A stretch of DNA of 64,000 nt from Nitrososphaeria archaeon (GTDB lineage: Archaea > Thermoproteota > Nitrososphaeria > Nitrososphaerales > JAAOZN01), in the NCBI GenBank assembly GCA_029775855.1, contig JARVJZ010000006.1, positions 96,001 through 160,000 on the forward strand, in the 5' to 3' direction. Positions 10,822 through 20,406 of the stretch are shown piece by piece. Within the stretch, counting starts at the first letter, position 1; the number at the start of each line of letters is the position of its first letter. The translations under genes were made by a program, and so were the position numbers. The notes below the pieces were generated by a model. It ran no database searches, was not told the origin of the DNA, and was given only the letters and a program-made list of their open reading frames with translations.

Positions 10822-10992
10822 TTGGGCTTGAGAAATTTCATAACTTCGGCTTGGCAGACGCTGAAGCTAGCTAAGAAGTCCAGTAGAGAGGAGTTCCTAC
10901 TCTACCTTAAACTAGTGTTTTTAGGACTTTTTGCAGTGGGAAGTGTAGGTTTCTTAATCCTCTTTGTAAGTGCTCTTATAAAATTAGGCTAA
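10822..10992 (+). CDS. secE: Protein translocase SecE/Sec61-gamma (56 aa; below ORF-track cutoff)
   Basis: TTG start; MGLRNFITSAWQTLKLAKKSSREEFLLYLKLVFLGLFAVGSVGFLI...; directly upstream of spt5. Confidence 0.9.
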   Translation: MGLRNFITSAWQTLKLAKKSSREEFLLYLKLVFLGLFAVGSVGFLILFVSALIKLG

Positions 10993-11006
10993 GATAGGAT
11001 GGTAAA

Positions 11007-11492
11007 TTGGATCAATCTAAAAGTGGAGCAGCTGTAGGTTCAAGGTTCTTCGCGGTCAAGACTACGGGAGGGCAAGAAAAGACCGTGGCTAACTATGCTT
11101 ACAACACGCTTATTCGGAGACCTAAGCCAATATACTCTATTCTTGTATTAGAGGGTGTGAGGGGATATGTTTTATTTGAAGCACCTAATGCGCAAGTAGT
11201 TATCGAGACGGTCACGGGATTCAAACATGTGAGGAGCACAGTTCAGGGGATGATGCTCTTTAGCGACATAGAGAGGTTCCTCGTGTCAAAACCAACTATA
11301 TCTGAGTTGAATGTTAACGATATTGTTGAAATAGTTGCAGGTCCATTCAAAGGCATGAAGGCGAGGATAGATAGGCTAGAGGTCTCTAGAGGAGAAGCCA
11401 CAATAGTCTTACTTGACGCACCATATCAACTCCCTGTCACTGTTGACGCTAACTATTTGAAGCTACTTAAGAAGACAGAAAGAGGAGAATAA
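11007..11492 (+). CDS. spt5: Transcription elongation factor Spt5/NusG
   Basis: AVKTTGGQEK, GYVLFEA, KOW motif VEIVAGPFKG. Confidence 0.97.
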   Translation: MDQSKSGAAVGSRFFAVKTTGGQEKTVANYAYNTLIRRPKPIYSILVLEGVRGYVLFEAPNAQVVIETVTGFKHVRSTVQGMMLFSDIERFLVSKPTISELNVNDIVEIVAGPFKGMKARIDRLEVSRGEATIVLLDAPYQLPVTVDANYLKLLKKTERGE

Positions 11493-11495
11493 GAT

Positions 11496-11984
11496 ATGGG
11501 TGAGCAGAAGACCGTCATGGCGTTAATAGTCGGCGGAGAAGCTAACGCAGGCCCACCATTAGGCCCAGCGCTAGGTCCTCTTGGGGTCAATGTTATGGCT
11601 GTAGTCAAGAAGATCAATGAAGCTACAAGCAGCTACAAAGGGATGAGAGTCCCAGTTAAGATAACGGTAGACACAGAGACGAAGAGTTTCGAAGTAGAAG
11701 TAGGCACACCTACTACATCAGCGCTGCTTGTTAAGGAGGCTGGGATAGAGAAAGGCGCGAGCAACCCTAAAGCTAACTTCGTAGGCAACTTAACTAGAGA
11801 GCAGGTAGTTTCGATAGCAAAGGTGAAGATGGGAGATTCATATGCGTCTAAGCTTAAGTCAGCGGTAAAAGAGGTTCTAGGCTCTTGTGTGAGCATGGGA
11901 ATAAAGGTTGGAAACAAAGATCCTAGAGAAGTGCTAAAGGAAGTCGATAGTGGTGGGTGGGACGACATACTATCTAAGGGATAA
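11496..11984 (+). CDS. rpl11: 50S ribosomal protein L11
   Basis: GPPLGPALGPLGVN, GSCVSMG. Confidence 0.98.
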   Translation: MGEQKTVMALIVGGEANAGPPLGPALGPLGVNVMAVVKKINEATSSYKGMRVPVKITVDTETKSFEVEVGTPTTSALLVKEAGIEKGASNPKANFVGNLTREQVVSIAKVKMGDSYASKLKSAVKEVLGSCVSMGIKVGNKDPREVLKEVDSGGWDDILSKG

Positions 11985-12041
11985 CAAGCTTTTATAACCC
12001 CAGTTTAGCCACACCACATACATTAAAGAGGGTGTTTAAGA

Positions 12042-12689
12042 ATGCTGAATGCTGAGAGCGTAAAGCAGCTCGTTCAAGAAGCTAGGAGGAAAGCTGCTAA
12101 AAGAAACTTTAATCAAGCCTTTGAGCTTATCTTAACATTTAAGGATCTGAATCCTAAGCAGCCCATAAACATAAATGAGATTGTCTTTCTTCCGCATCCC
12201 TTTGAAAAAAGACCTAAGATCTGTGTGATTGCTTCTGGCGACTTTGCTTTAAGGGCACGCAATTCGGGTGCTGATCTCGTCATAGAAGGTGACGAGTTGG
12301 ATAGGCTTGCTAACCAGAAGAGAGAGATTAGAAAGCTCGCTTCGAACTATGACTTCTTCTTGGCTGAGGCTTCGCTTATGCCGAAGGTGGGTAAGATTCT
12401 TGGGCAATATTTTGGTCCAAGAGGGAAGATGCCTACTCCTATAGCTCCTAATGCTCCGTTAGAGCAGATCTTGGAGAGATATCGTAGTGCTGTTAGAGTT
12501 AGGAGTAGAAATCAGCTCGCTGCAGCTTGTAAAGTTGGTGATGAGAAGATGGCTGACGAGAGAATCATAGATAACGCTTTAGCTGTGGCTGATGCGGTTG
12601 TTAAGAAGCTACCTTTAGGTTTAAAGAATATTGGTGGGGTGCTTGTAAAGCTGACTATGAGCCCCCCAGCCGCCTTTAAGGTTAAGTGA
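12042..12689 (+). CDS. rpl1: 50S ribosomal protein L1
   Basis: KRNFNQ, GPRGKMP, KLTMSP. Confidence 0.97.
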   Translation: MLNAESVKQLVQEARRKAAKRNFNQAFELILTFKDLNPKQPININEIVFLPHPFEKRPKICVIASGDFALRARNSGADLVIEGDELDRLANQKREIRKLASNYDFFLAEASLMPKVGKILGQYFGPRGKMPTPIAPNAPLEQILERYRSAVRVRSRNQLAAACKVGDEKMADERIIDNALAVADAVVKKLPLGLKNIGGVLVKLTMSPPAAFKVK

Positions 12690-13558
12690 TGAATATGTCT
12701 AAAGTTAGACTTGAATACCCAGCAAGAAAAGTAGAGGCATTAACTAAGCTTGAAGAGCTGATCTCACATTCAAGCGTTATAGCTTTAGCTAAGCTGAATA
12801 AGGTAAGAGCTTCCCAGCTGATGAATCTTAGAAAGAAGCTAGCTGGTCAAGTTCAATTTCTGGTTGCTAAGAATAATCTGGCTAAAAAGGCGTTAAAGAA
12901 GCTTAAGAACTCTGAGGACTTCTTGAATCTCCTTGAAGGGCAGAATCTGCTTATATTTACAAACATGAACCCCTTTAAACTTAGTTTGATTTTGGAGAAG
13001 AATAAGGTGTATCTCCCCGCACGCGCTGGCGATGTCGCTACAGATCCCATAATGGTGCCTGCTGGCAACACAGGTTTACCCCCTGGGCCAGTATTAAGTG
13101 AGTTTAAGGAGTGTGGTGTGCCTACTAGGATAGATAGTGGAAGCATATGGGTTGCTAAAGATACGGTAGTTAGACAGAGAGGTGAGGTTATTTCTCTTAA
13201 GCTTGCTAGTCTGCTTGCTAAGCTTGGTATAAAACCGATTAGAGCGGGCATATCGATATACGCTGCTTATACAGATGGTATGATATTACGCGAAGAAGAT
13301 CTAAGGCTTGACTTGGAGGAATATAGTAAGCAGATTAGCGGGTTGCATTCTCAAGCTTTGGCTCTGGCGGTTGAGGTAGGTTATGCTTGTAGGGAGAGCT
13401 TACCGCTGATTATAGTTAAAGCTGTGCAGCAGAGTGTTGCGTTAGCCTTCTCAGCCGGCTATCCAGCTGATAAATCGACGACAGAAAGGATTATTGGTGA
13501 TGCGTATCTGAAGGCGTCAGCTTTAATGAAAGAGCTTGCTAAGAGGGGGTATTCTTAA
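12686..13558 (+). CDS. rpl10: 50S ribosomal protein L10/P0, lacking acidic C-terminal tail
   Basis: VAKNNL, PARAGDVA, VPAGNTGLPPGP; ends ..ELAKRGYS. Confidence 0.96.
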   Translation: MMNMSKVRLEYPARKVEALTKLEELISHSSVIALAKLNKVRASQLMNLRKKLAGQVQFLVAKNNLAKKALKKLKNSEDFLNLLEGQNLLIFTNMNPFKLSLILEKNKVYLPARAGDVATDPIMVPAGNTGLPPGPVLSEFKECGVPTRIDSGSIWVAKDTVVRQRGEVISLKLASLLAKLGIKPIRAGISIYAAYTDGMILREEDLRLDLEEYSKQISGLHSQALALAVEVGYACRESLPLIIVKAVQQSVALAFSAGYPADKSTTERIIGDAYLKASALMKELAKRGYS

Positions 13559-13566
13559 GAGGGGTT

Positions 13567-13881
13567 TTAGCCGAAGAGCGAAGCTAGACCAGCTAGCGCT
13601 TCTTCTTCACCCTTCTTTTCCTCTTCCTTCTTCTCTTCTTTAGCTGGTGCAGCCGGTGCTTGTGTTGGTGCTTGTGCTGGAGCTGCTGGTGCTGTGATAG
13701 GTGTTAGCGTTGCGTTCTTTAATGCTTCCTCGATGTTGATTTCTGAGAGAGCTGAGACTAATGCCTTTACCTTTACTTCGTTAGGGGTTATACCCGCTGC
13801 TGCGATTACCTTCTTTATATTTTCTTCATTTATAGGCTGCTGTAGCCTATGCAGGAGCAGAGCAGCGTATATGTATTCCAT
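13567..13881 (-). CDS. rpl12: 50S ribosomal stalk protein L12/P1
   Basis: [11 protein letters not shown], Ala/Pro hinge, [14 protein letters not shown]-terminus. Confidence 0.98.
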   Translation of the reverse strand: MEYIYAALLLHRLQQPINEENIKKVIAAAGITPNEVKVKALVSALSEINIEEALKNATLTPITAPAAPAQAPTQAPAAPAKEEKKEEEKKGEEEALAGLASLFG

Positions 13882-13998
13882 AGACCTTCGTCATCTGCTC
13901 GGGGATGCGGGTTGACTATTTAAGAGTTTTGAGCATCATAAACCTATCCTTAGAAGCGCATCAACCTAATTGGAAAATGAGTCGCTAACCTGAGAATC

Positions 13999-14793
13999 TT
14001 AGGTTGACTTATCACTCTGCTCTAAAAGGGAAGTCTTCATCCGCTCTTTGTGTGCGGCTACACATTTACTTAGGTCTATCTTCTTGAACTCGATGCCAAG
14101 TAAAGTGGCAAGCCTACTTGCTTCTGAGCTGATGGATGGGGCGGCGATTATCCCTCTGACAGAGGCGCCTTTACCCTTGAAGCCTGACAGATATTTGTAT
14201 GCCTGCTTCACAGCTTTTACATCAACAGTCCTCCTCTTAACTTCAACTATAGTGTATCTACCTTGGTTGTCATAGCCGGTAAAGTCAGCTACTCCTGCGT
14301 CGATTCGGCGTTGCTGAGAAAGTATTCTAAATCCTGGCTCTAATATATCTGGATTTGAGGATATGGTCTCATACATTTCGTCTTCGCTTAGGTGCATCTC
14401 GAATTCCGCTTCATCTACAAGCTTTAGGCTTGTTAGCAGCGTGATGTCTCTAAAGGAAATAGTAAGTGTTTCTTGATGCTCCTTCCTATAAGATTTGATA
14501 ACCAAGAGCCCGCCTTCCTGTTTAATTGTAAATATGCTTCCGGGAGGCTGCCAGTTTACAGCTTCAAATCCTTTTGCTCGATGTATGAGCAGTGAGCCGT
14601 CTTGCTTTATTAGTAGTACCCGCTCTCCCCAATCGAGTTTAGATGCTGCTCGCCCAACATAATCTACTTTACATAATCCAGTGACTATGATAAAGCGCTT
14701 TTTTGATAGGGATTCTTTTAGTAGGTTGTATGCGTCTTCTACCGTTGGTTGAAGAATCCAGCTGACTTTTTCATTCAACCCTACACTTAACAC
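13999..14793 (-). CDS. nucS: Mismatch-specific endonuclease NucS/EndoMS
   Basis: CKVDYVGRAASKL, LLIKQDGSLLIH, VNWQPPG, D...IVEVKR. Confidence 0.93.
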   Translation of the reverse strand: MLSVGLNEKVSWILQPTVEDAYNLLKESLSKKRFIIVTGLCKVDYVGRAASKLDWGERVLLIKQDGSLLIHRAKGFEAVNWQPPGSIFTIKQEGGLLVIKSYRKEHQETLTISFRDITLLTSLKLVDEAEFEMHLSEDEMYETISSNPDILEPGFRILSQQRRIDAGVADFTGYDNQGRYTIVEVKRRTVDVKAVKQAYKYLSGFKGKGASVRGIIAAPSISSEASRLATLLGIEFKKIDLSKCVAAHKERMKTSLLEQSDKST

Positions 14794-14835
14794 ATAATTT
14801 GGCTAAAAGGCTTATCTGCTTAACATATTCAACTT

Positions 14836-15543
14836 ATGAAGGGAGTAAAAGTGGGCGCAAGTGTCTTCAGCATCCCCACTGGCGTCAGAGGTTTAGATAA
14901 AATGCTGTTAGGCGGTCTACAACTAGGCACCGTATCCGACTTCTTTGGCGTCAGCGGGGTAGGTAAGACACAGCTATGCCTACAAGTCTCAGCTTTAACC
15001 GCGGCTCCAAAAGAGAAGGGCGGGTTAGACTCACTAGTATTATATGTCGATCCAACCGGCTCTTTTAGACCAGAGCGGCTTAAGGAGTTAGCTGAAGCGC
15101 GTAATTTAGACGCTAACAAGGCGCTCTCGCAGATATATGTGTATGAACCTAGGGTGATGGAGGAGCAGATAGCTTTGCTTAACCAAATTAAGAAGATGGA
15201 TAGAAAACCTATGCTGGTTGTTGTCGATAGTGTTGCAGAACTTTTTTTAGCAAGCGAAGACGCTTCTATAAGAGGCATGTTAGGCAGACATCTGCATTCG
15301 CTCTGCTTAACAGCCCTAAAGGATAATATGGCTTTCCTTTTAACTAATTCTGTGAGGACAAGATTAGACAAAGGGGGCTTAACTGTTGAAGCTGGAGGAA
15401 ACATTATGGCTCAAGGCGCACACTTTAGAATAAAACTATCTAAAAAGTTGGAGAGGCTGTTTTCAGCTGAGGCTGTTCAACCACCTCTAAGACCTAGAGA
15501 AGTGTATTATAAGATTACTACTGCTGGGTTGGTTGACGCTTAA
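14836..15543 (+). CDS. RadA/Rad51 paralogue lacking N-terminal domain (RadB/aRadC-like)
   Basis: IPTG...LD.ML.GG, Walker A GVSGVGKTQ, YVD..GSFRPERL, Walker B VVVDS. Confidence 0.85.
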   Translation: MKGVKVGASVFSIPTGVRGLDKMLLGGLQLGTVSDFFGVSGVGKTQLCLQVSALTAAPKEKGGLDSLVLYVDPTGSFRPERLKELAEARNLDANKALSQIYVYEPRVMEEQIALLNQIKKMDRKPMLVVVDSVAELFLASEDASIRGMLGRHLHSLCLTALKDNMAFLLTNSVRTRLDKGGLTVEAGGNIMAQGAHFRIKLSKKLERLFSAEAVQPPLRPREVYYKITTAGLVDA

Positions 15544-15895
15544 ATTGGATACCTTAGATCCGGCTACGGAGCAGTTTCTTGCATACATATTGGCTAAACG
15601 CTATAGTGAGGCTAAGGATATTGTGTTGAACACTTCTCTGTGGTCTGGTTCAGAGAGGTTAATCGGTAGGAGGGCTGGTTGTTTAGGTCTTATCTCGAAG
15701 ATTGCTCAGAGGGCAGATGATTTTTTTAACACTCAGTGGTTTGCCGAGTTAAAACAGATGCTTCTTAGACTTCAATCATCATTTGACTGCGACGAATTTG
15801 AGAAGGGCTACATCGATGTCTGGCTAAAGTTCATCGACAATAGTTTAAGCGGCGAAGAAGAGGGTGTTAAGGAGAATCCAAGTGAAGAGGAATAG
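15533..15895 (+). CDS. Hypothetical protein
   Basis: 120-aa ORF coupled to the stop of the RadA paralogue; plausible helical composition. Confidence 0.6.
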   Translation: MTLKLDTLDPATEQFLAYILAKRYSEAKDIVLNTSLWSGSERLIGRRAGCLGLISKIAQRADDFFNTQWFAELKQMLLRLQSSFDCDEFEKGYIDVWLKFIDNSLSGEEEGVKENPSEEE

Positions 15896-16129
15896 CATTA
15901 TGAAGCTACCCAAGCCATGTGTGTAGATCTTGCGTAAACTAACCCCTAAATTTTTGAATATTTGGTATCTTGCTGCGTAGCTCGTCAACGCATAAACCGC
16001 TAGTGCCAAGATCACACCTCTATATGCTTCTGGTTGATTCACACCAATAAACCCTAGTAGGGTTGCAAGTATCCCAGCGGCAACCCCAGCAGCAACTCTA
16101 AGCCAATACAGTTTATCTAACGGTGTCAA
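15845..16129 (-). CDS. EMC6/Rab5ip-like three-TM membrane protein (probable TTG start at 16129)
   Basis: LYWLRVAAGVAAGIL...G.ILALAVY...IYTHGLGSFIMLFLFTWILLNTL resembles the EMC6/RCAF1 pattern. Confidence 0.7.
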   Translation of the reverse strand: MTPLDKLYWLRVAAGVAAGILATLLGFIGVNQPEAYRGVILALAVYALTSYAARYQIFKNLGVSLRKIYTHGLGSFIMLFLFTWILLNTLFFAA

Positions 16130-16178
16130 GCAGCGCTGTTTTCGAACACCACCTATATATCCCTTAACCCCCTTTGAG

Positions 16179-18104
16179 TTGGCTGTGGAGCTCTCTGGAA
16201 TAGACCTTGCAAGAGTGGTTGCTGAGCTTAATGCTGCGCTCAACGACTATTATGTGAATAGCATAGGCTCTGTTGACGATGTAACTTGGCTTATCCGGCT
16301 GCACCACTCAACCAATCCAGAGAAGAGGCTAATAATTTCATTAAACAAAGGCATATGGCTCACATCTTATGAGGTGCCAACGAAGCCTCCAGATGCTTTT
16401 TCAGCGCATCTTAGAGAATATCTTCTCAGAGGGCGTTTTTTAAAAGTAGAGCAGCCTGATGTTGAAAGGCTGGTTAAGATTTGGTTTACGGTTGATGGTT
16501 TAGGAAGGGTGCTTGTAGCAGAGTTTTTTGGAGGGGGAAACCTACTTGTCCTTGATGCTGAAGAGCGTATACTAACCTTATTTAGGAAGATAGATGTGAG
16601 ACATCGAAGACTTGCTCAAGGTTTGCAATATGTGCCGCCGCCTCCTCGAGGTAAGAACCCCTTTACAGCACATGAAGATATTTTAAAGGATGTAGCAAGC
16701 AGCGATTTAGAGATCGCAAGATACCTTGGTAGAGAACTTGCATTATCGCGCAAATATGTTGAGGAGGTTCTACGCAGAGCCGATATCGATCCTAAGGCTC
16801 GAAGCCTCAACAAAGAGCAGAGCGTTAAGCTACGCGATGCTCTCATTAATCTAAAGGATTTAATCTTTGGAGCAGAGTCTAAGCCTACTATACTACTTAA
16901 GGATGGGAAGCCTATAGATGCTTCTCCCTTCAAGCTCACAACATACTCTGTAGAGGATTATAGACACACAGACAGCTTTATTGAAGCGGTGGATGAGGTT
17001 CAGACTTTAAGCCTACTTGAGGAACTTAAAAAGAAAGAAGAGGAGCCGACTCAAAGAAGAATAGAGGAGCTGAACAGAGCACTTGAAGCGCAAGCAAAGA
17101 GCAGACTGGAATTAGAGAAGCAGGCTAAAAAACTTCGTGAAATAGCTACGGCTCTAAGAAGCGCTGCTTCAGAAAGCAAAGACCTACCAACAATTCTTAC
17201 AACACTCGGAGTAGAATATACACAAAGCAAAGGAGACTACATAGAGGTTAAGGAGTTTACTGAACCCATCAAGATCCCAAAGACATCATCTACCGTGAGC
17301 GCAGCCTCCGTGATCTTCGATGCCGCGAAAGTTTTAGAATCTAAAATAAGGGCTATCAAAGAGGCGGAGAAAAGCCTCTTTGAGAAAAAGGCGCTTCTAC
17401 TCACCAAAGCCGCTAAGGAAGAAACCAAGCCATTAAAGCGTATCAGAGTCAAGAAGTGGTTTGAGAGATATAGGTGGTTCTACACATCAAAAGGGCTGCT
17501 AGCAGTTGGAGGTAGGGATGCTGCTTCGAATACAGTGATACTCAGAAGATACCTTCAAGAAGATGATATAGTATTTCACGCAGACATACACGGCTCACCC
17601 TTCTTTATACTTAAAGGCGGCGCAGAAGCAAATGAAGAGAGTATAAGAGAGTGCTGCGAAGCTGTAGCTGCATACAGCTCAGCTTGGAAGGCGGAGCTCA
17701 CAGCGGTTGATGTCTACTGGATAAAACCAAATCAGATCAAGTTCACCGGCCCTTCCGGCACATACCTACCTAAAGGCGCATTCTTAATTGAAGGCGCAAA
17801 GAATTGGGTTAAGAATGTAAAGGTGTATGCTGGTGTTGGTCTTACTATCTTAGACGAAGAGATTGTAGTGGTTGGCGGACCTCCAAGCGCTCTTAAAGCG
17901 AATAGCATAGCATATGCGACGCTAGTTCCGGAAAAGGGCAAAGTGAGCGAAACCGCTAAGCGGGTTAAGAGCGGGTTGATTGCAGCAGTAGGTCGGGAGT
18001 TAGGATTGAGGGTTAAAGAGATACCCTTAGACGACTTCATAAGAGCTCTGCCTAATGGAGGAGGAAAGGTTACTTCAATAAATTTAGGGGAGCAAAAGTC
18101 TTAA
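16179..18104 (+). CDS. rqcH: Ribosome quality-control factor Rqc2/RqcH (NFACT)
   Basis: EQ.DVER, AEFFGGGNL, WFERYRWF, GGRDA..N, FHADIHGSP, YLPKGAF. Confidence 0.92.
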   Translation: MAVELSGIDLARVVAELNAALNDYYVNSIGSVDDVTWLIRLHHSTNPEKRLIISLNKGIWLTSYEVPTKPPDAFSAHLREYLLRGRFLKVEQPDVERLVKIWFTVDGLGRVLVAEFFGGGNLLVLDAEERILTLFRKIDVRHRRLAQGLQYVPPPPRGKNPFTAHEDILKDVASSDLEIARYLGRELALSRKYVEEVLRRADIDPKARSLNKEQSVKLRDALINLKDLIFGAESKPTILLKDGKPIDASPFKLTTYSVEDYRHTDSFIEAVDEVQTLSLLEELKKKEEEPTQRRIEELNRALEAQAKSRLELEKQAKKLREIATALRSAASESKDLPTILTTLGVEYTQSKGDYIEVKEFTEPIKIPKTSSTVSAASVIFDAAKVLESKIRAIKEAEKSLFEKKALLLTKAAKEETKPLKRIRVKKWFERYRWFYTSKGLLAVGGRDAASNTVILRRYLQEDDIVFHADIHGSPFFILKGGAEANEESIRECCEAVAAYSSAWKAELTAVDVYWIKPNQIKFTGPSGTYLPKGAFLIEGAKNWVKNVKVYAGVGLTILDEEIVVVGGPPSALKANSIAYATLVPEKGKVSETAKRVKSGLIAAVGRELGLRVKEIPLDDFIRALPNGGGKVTSINLGEQKS

Positions 18105-18139
18105 GAGAGAGGGTAAGATACAGCATTGGTTGGACAACA

Positions 18140-18727
18140 TTGGCTTCAGAGCCTATGATTAGGACGAAGATCCTTGTAAGGGAAGTCATGAACAGCCCAG
18201 TGATAACCGCAGATGTTGACGAATCTGTTAAAGATGCTGCTAAGAAGATGGCGCGCTTTAAGATAGGTAGCGTAGTAGTCACTAAAGATGGCAAGCCTTT
18301 AGGTATAGTTACTGAAGGTGACATCGTGAGGAAGGTTGCAGCAGAAGACCTTAAACCCAGCAAAGTGAAGCTCAGCGAAATTGTCTCCAAACCTCTATAC
18401 ACAATAGATGCTGAAAGCGATGTTACCGAAGCAGCAAAGATGATGCGCAGACTTAACATAAAGAAGCTTGGCGTCACATACAAGAATGAGCTTCTAGGCA
18501 TAGTCACTACATCAGACCTAAATGCCGTCACACCTGAACTTATAGGTCTGTTGTCTGAGAAGGTTAAAATCACTACAGGTGAATCGCTTAGGATTAAAGG
18601 TCCTCTCGCCGGCTACTGTGACTCGTGCGGCGAATGGTCAGATATGCTTGTTGAAGTAGATGGGCGGTTCCTATGTGAAGACTGCAGAGCTGAAGTTGTG
18701 CACGAACCCGCAGAAGCTCCTGAATAA
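18140..18727 (+). CDS. CBS-pair protein with C-terminal Zn finger
   Basis: GIVTEGDI and GIVTTSDL CBS motifs; CDSC...CEDC. Confidence 0.9.
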   Translation: MASEPMIRTKILVREVMNSPVITADVDESVKDAAKKMARFKIGSVVVTKDGKPLGIVTEGDIVRKVAAEDLKPSKVKLSEIVSKPLYTIDAESDVTEAAKMMRRLNIKKLGVTYKNELLGIVTTSDLNAVTPELIGLLSEKVKITTGESLRIKGPLAGYCDSCGEWSDMLVEVDGRFLCEDCRAEVVHEPAEAPE

Positions 18728-18742
18728 TAGCTGCGTGTTAAC

Positions 18743-19582
18743 ATGATTAAAGTATCTGATTACATGACACCTATTGTAGCTATAGCTTCTCCTCAAGATA
18801 CTCTTGCAGCCATTAGAAACATTATGCTTAGAAGACGCGTTGGAAGAGTCCCAGTCGTTGATGGAAGTAGACTTGTTGGTATAGTAAGCCGAACAGACCT
18901 AGCTTTAGCATTAAGACCGAATGGGCCAGCTTGGCGCCGTAGACCACTCGAATACACTAGTGTATGGGAGATCATGTCGAAACCTGTCATAACGATCTCT
19001 GTAAATGAGTCTATATCTAAGGCTGCTGAAACTATGTTAAATAGTGGTGTGACAGGGCTTCCTGTATTAGATGATGACAAGATCGTTGGGATGATTACTA
19101 CAAGTGATTTAACGAGGTGCCTTAAGGAGCATGGAGACCCGTCTAAAAAGGTTAAGGAGCATATGTGTGTAGAGGTCGCTGTGGCTAAACCACTCCATCC
19201 AATTAGTCGAGTCATCAAGATTTTGGTTAAATCACCTAGCCACAGAGTTATCGTTGTAGATGCTGAAGGCAGACCTATAGGTATAGTTACACCCACAGAT
19301 CTAGCTTTTGTTAGAGTATCTGCTGGAAGCTCGAAGAGCAAAGTAGTTTATGACAGCGAGGCGCCCAAAAGGAGTAGAAAGATAGAGTTTCTGGGGCTGA
19401 CCTACGCCAAAGATGTCATGAGGAGCCCAATACATTTTATATCTGAAGAGGCGTCAGTAGTAGACGCTGCATCTCTAATGAGCAGCGCCAAGATAGGAGG
19501 CTTGCCAGTATTAGATAAGAAGAAGAATTTATCCGGACTCTTTTCTAAGATAGAGGTTTTAAGACTTGTCAAAGATCTTTAG
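18743..19582 (+). CDS. Four-CBS-domain protein
   Basis: GIVSRTDL, GMITTSDL, GIVTPTDL, GLPV motifs. Confidence 0.9.
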   Translation: MIKVSDYMTPIVAIASPQDTLAAIRNIMLRRRVGRVPVVDGSRLVGIVSRTDLALALRPNGPAWRRRPLEYTSVWEIMSKPVITISVNESISKAAETMLNSGVTGLPVLDDDKIVGMITTSDLTRCLKEHGDPSKKVKEHMCVEVAVAKPLHPISRVIKILVKSPSHRVIVVDAEGRPIGIVTPTDLAFVRVSAGSSKSKVVYDSEAPKRSRKIEFLGLTYAKDVMRSPIHFISEEASVVDAASLMSSAKIGGLPVLDKKKNLSGLFSKIEVLRLVKDL

Positions 19583-20405
19583 TCTTGAATCCAAGCTCTC
19601 TGAACTACATCTTGAAACTGCTTATCTTGTAAGTAAGGCGCAGAAGATTCCTATGGTTATAGAAGTTATGAGGAGATATGATGTAGATAGAGTGATAGTA
19701 GTCTCAGACTCTAAGTTAGTTGGTGTGGTTACAGTCAAAGACATATTCTCCAAGATCTCTTCAAAGAGGATGAGCAGACTTTCACCCACATCACTTTCCG
19801 TAGCAGCCTTCACTTCACCCAATATAATCACAGCACACCCCGAAGATACCGCTCTACAGGCTGCTGAAAGGTTACTTGAATATAACATAGCTGCGTTGCC
19901 TGTGGTAGGAAATGATGGAGTGGTGAGGGGGTTAGTGACGAAGTTGCTGCTTGTTCCTCTGATGGTTAAATCAAGTATGTGTTGTAGAGACTTTATGCAG
20001 CCACCTTTTGTAGTTGTTGGCTTGAGGTCTAAGCTTTCTACCGCCCTTGAGAAGCTCAGCAACACACCTATCCGTGAGCTTGTGGTGGTTGAAGGTGATA
20101 AGCCTGTTGGGATTATAAGTGAGCGTGAAGCTGCTTTCACATTATTTAACCTTTTGAGAGTTGAGCAGATAAGGCACTTTGACACCTTCATCAAGAGGCT
20201 TCTTGTGCTGGATGCTATGAGGGGGCTTACAGCAGCGTTAAGCGGCGAAGAGAGTGTAAAAGAGGCCGCTAAAGTTATGAGGAGCATCCGGGTCAACACC
20301 TTACCCATAGTTAAGAACGATAAGATAGTTGGTTTAGTAAATAGGGACAACATATTCGAGAGACTTCTGAAGCTAGAGGTAGAAGAAAGAGGGGGTAAGG
20401 TGTAA
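19566..20405 (+). CDS. Four-CBS-domain protein
   Basis: GVVTVKDI, ALPVV, GIISERE, GLVNRDNI. Confidence 0.88.
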   Translation: MSKIFSLESKLSELHLETAYLVSKAQKIPMVIEVMRRYDVDRVIVVSDSKLVGVVTVKDIFSKISSKRMSRLSPTSLSVAAFTSPNIITAHPEDTALQAAERLLEYNIAALPVVGNDGVVRGLVTKLLLVPLMVKSSMCCRDFMQPPFVVVGLRSKLSTALEKLSNTPIRELVVVEGDKPVGIISEREAAFTLFNLLRVEQIRHFDTFIKRLLVLDAMRGLTAALSGEESVKEAAKVMRSIRVNTLPIVKNDKIVGLVNRDNIFERLLKLEVEERGGKV

Positions 20406-20406
20406 T

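Noticed and set aside
19622-20353. 243-aa antisense ORF and the many other shadow ORFs (e.g. 14829-15404, 18793-19341, 51286-51801, 52614-53072)
   Set aside because: They lie opposite well-supported genes and show no motifs; typical antisense shadows
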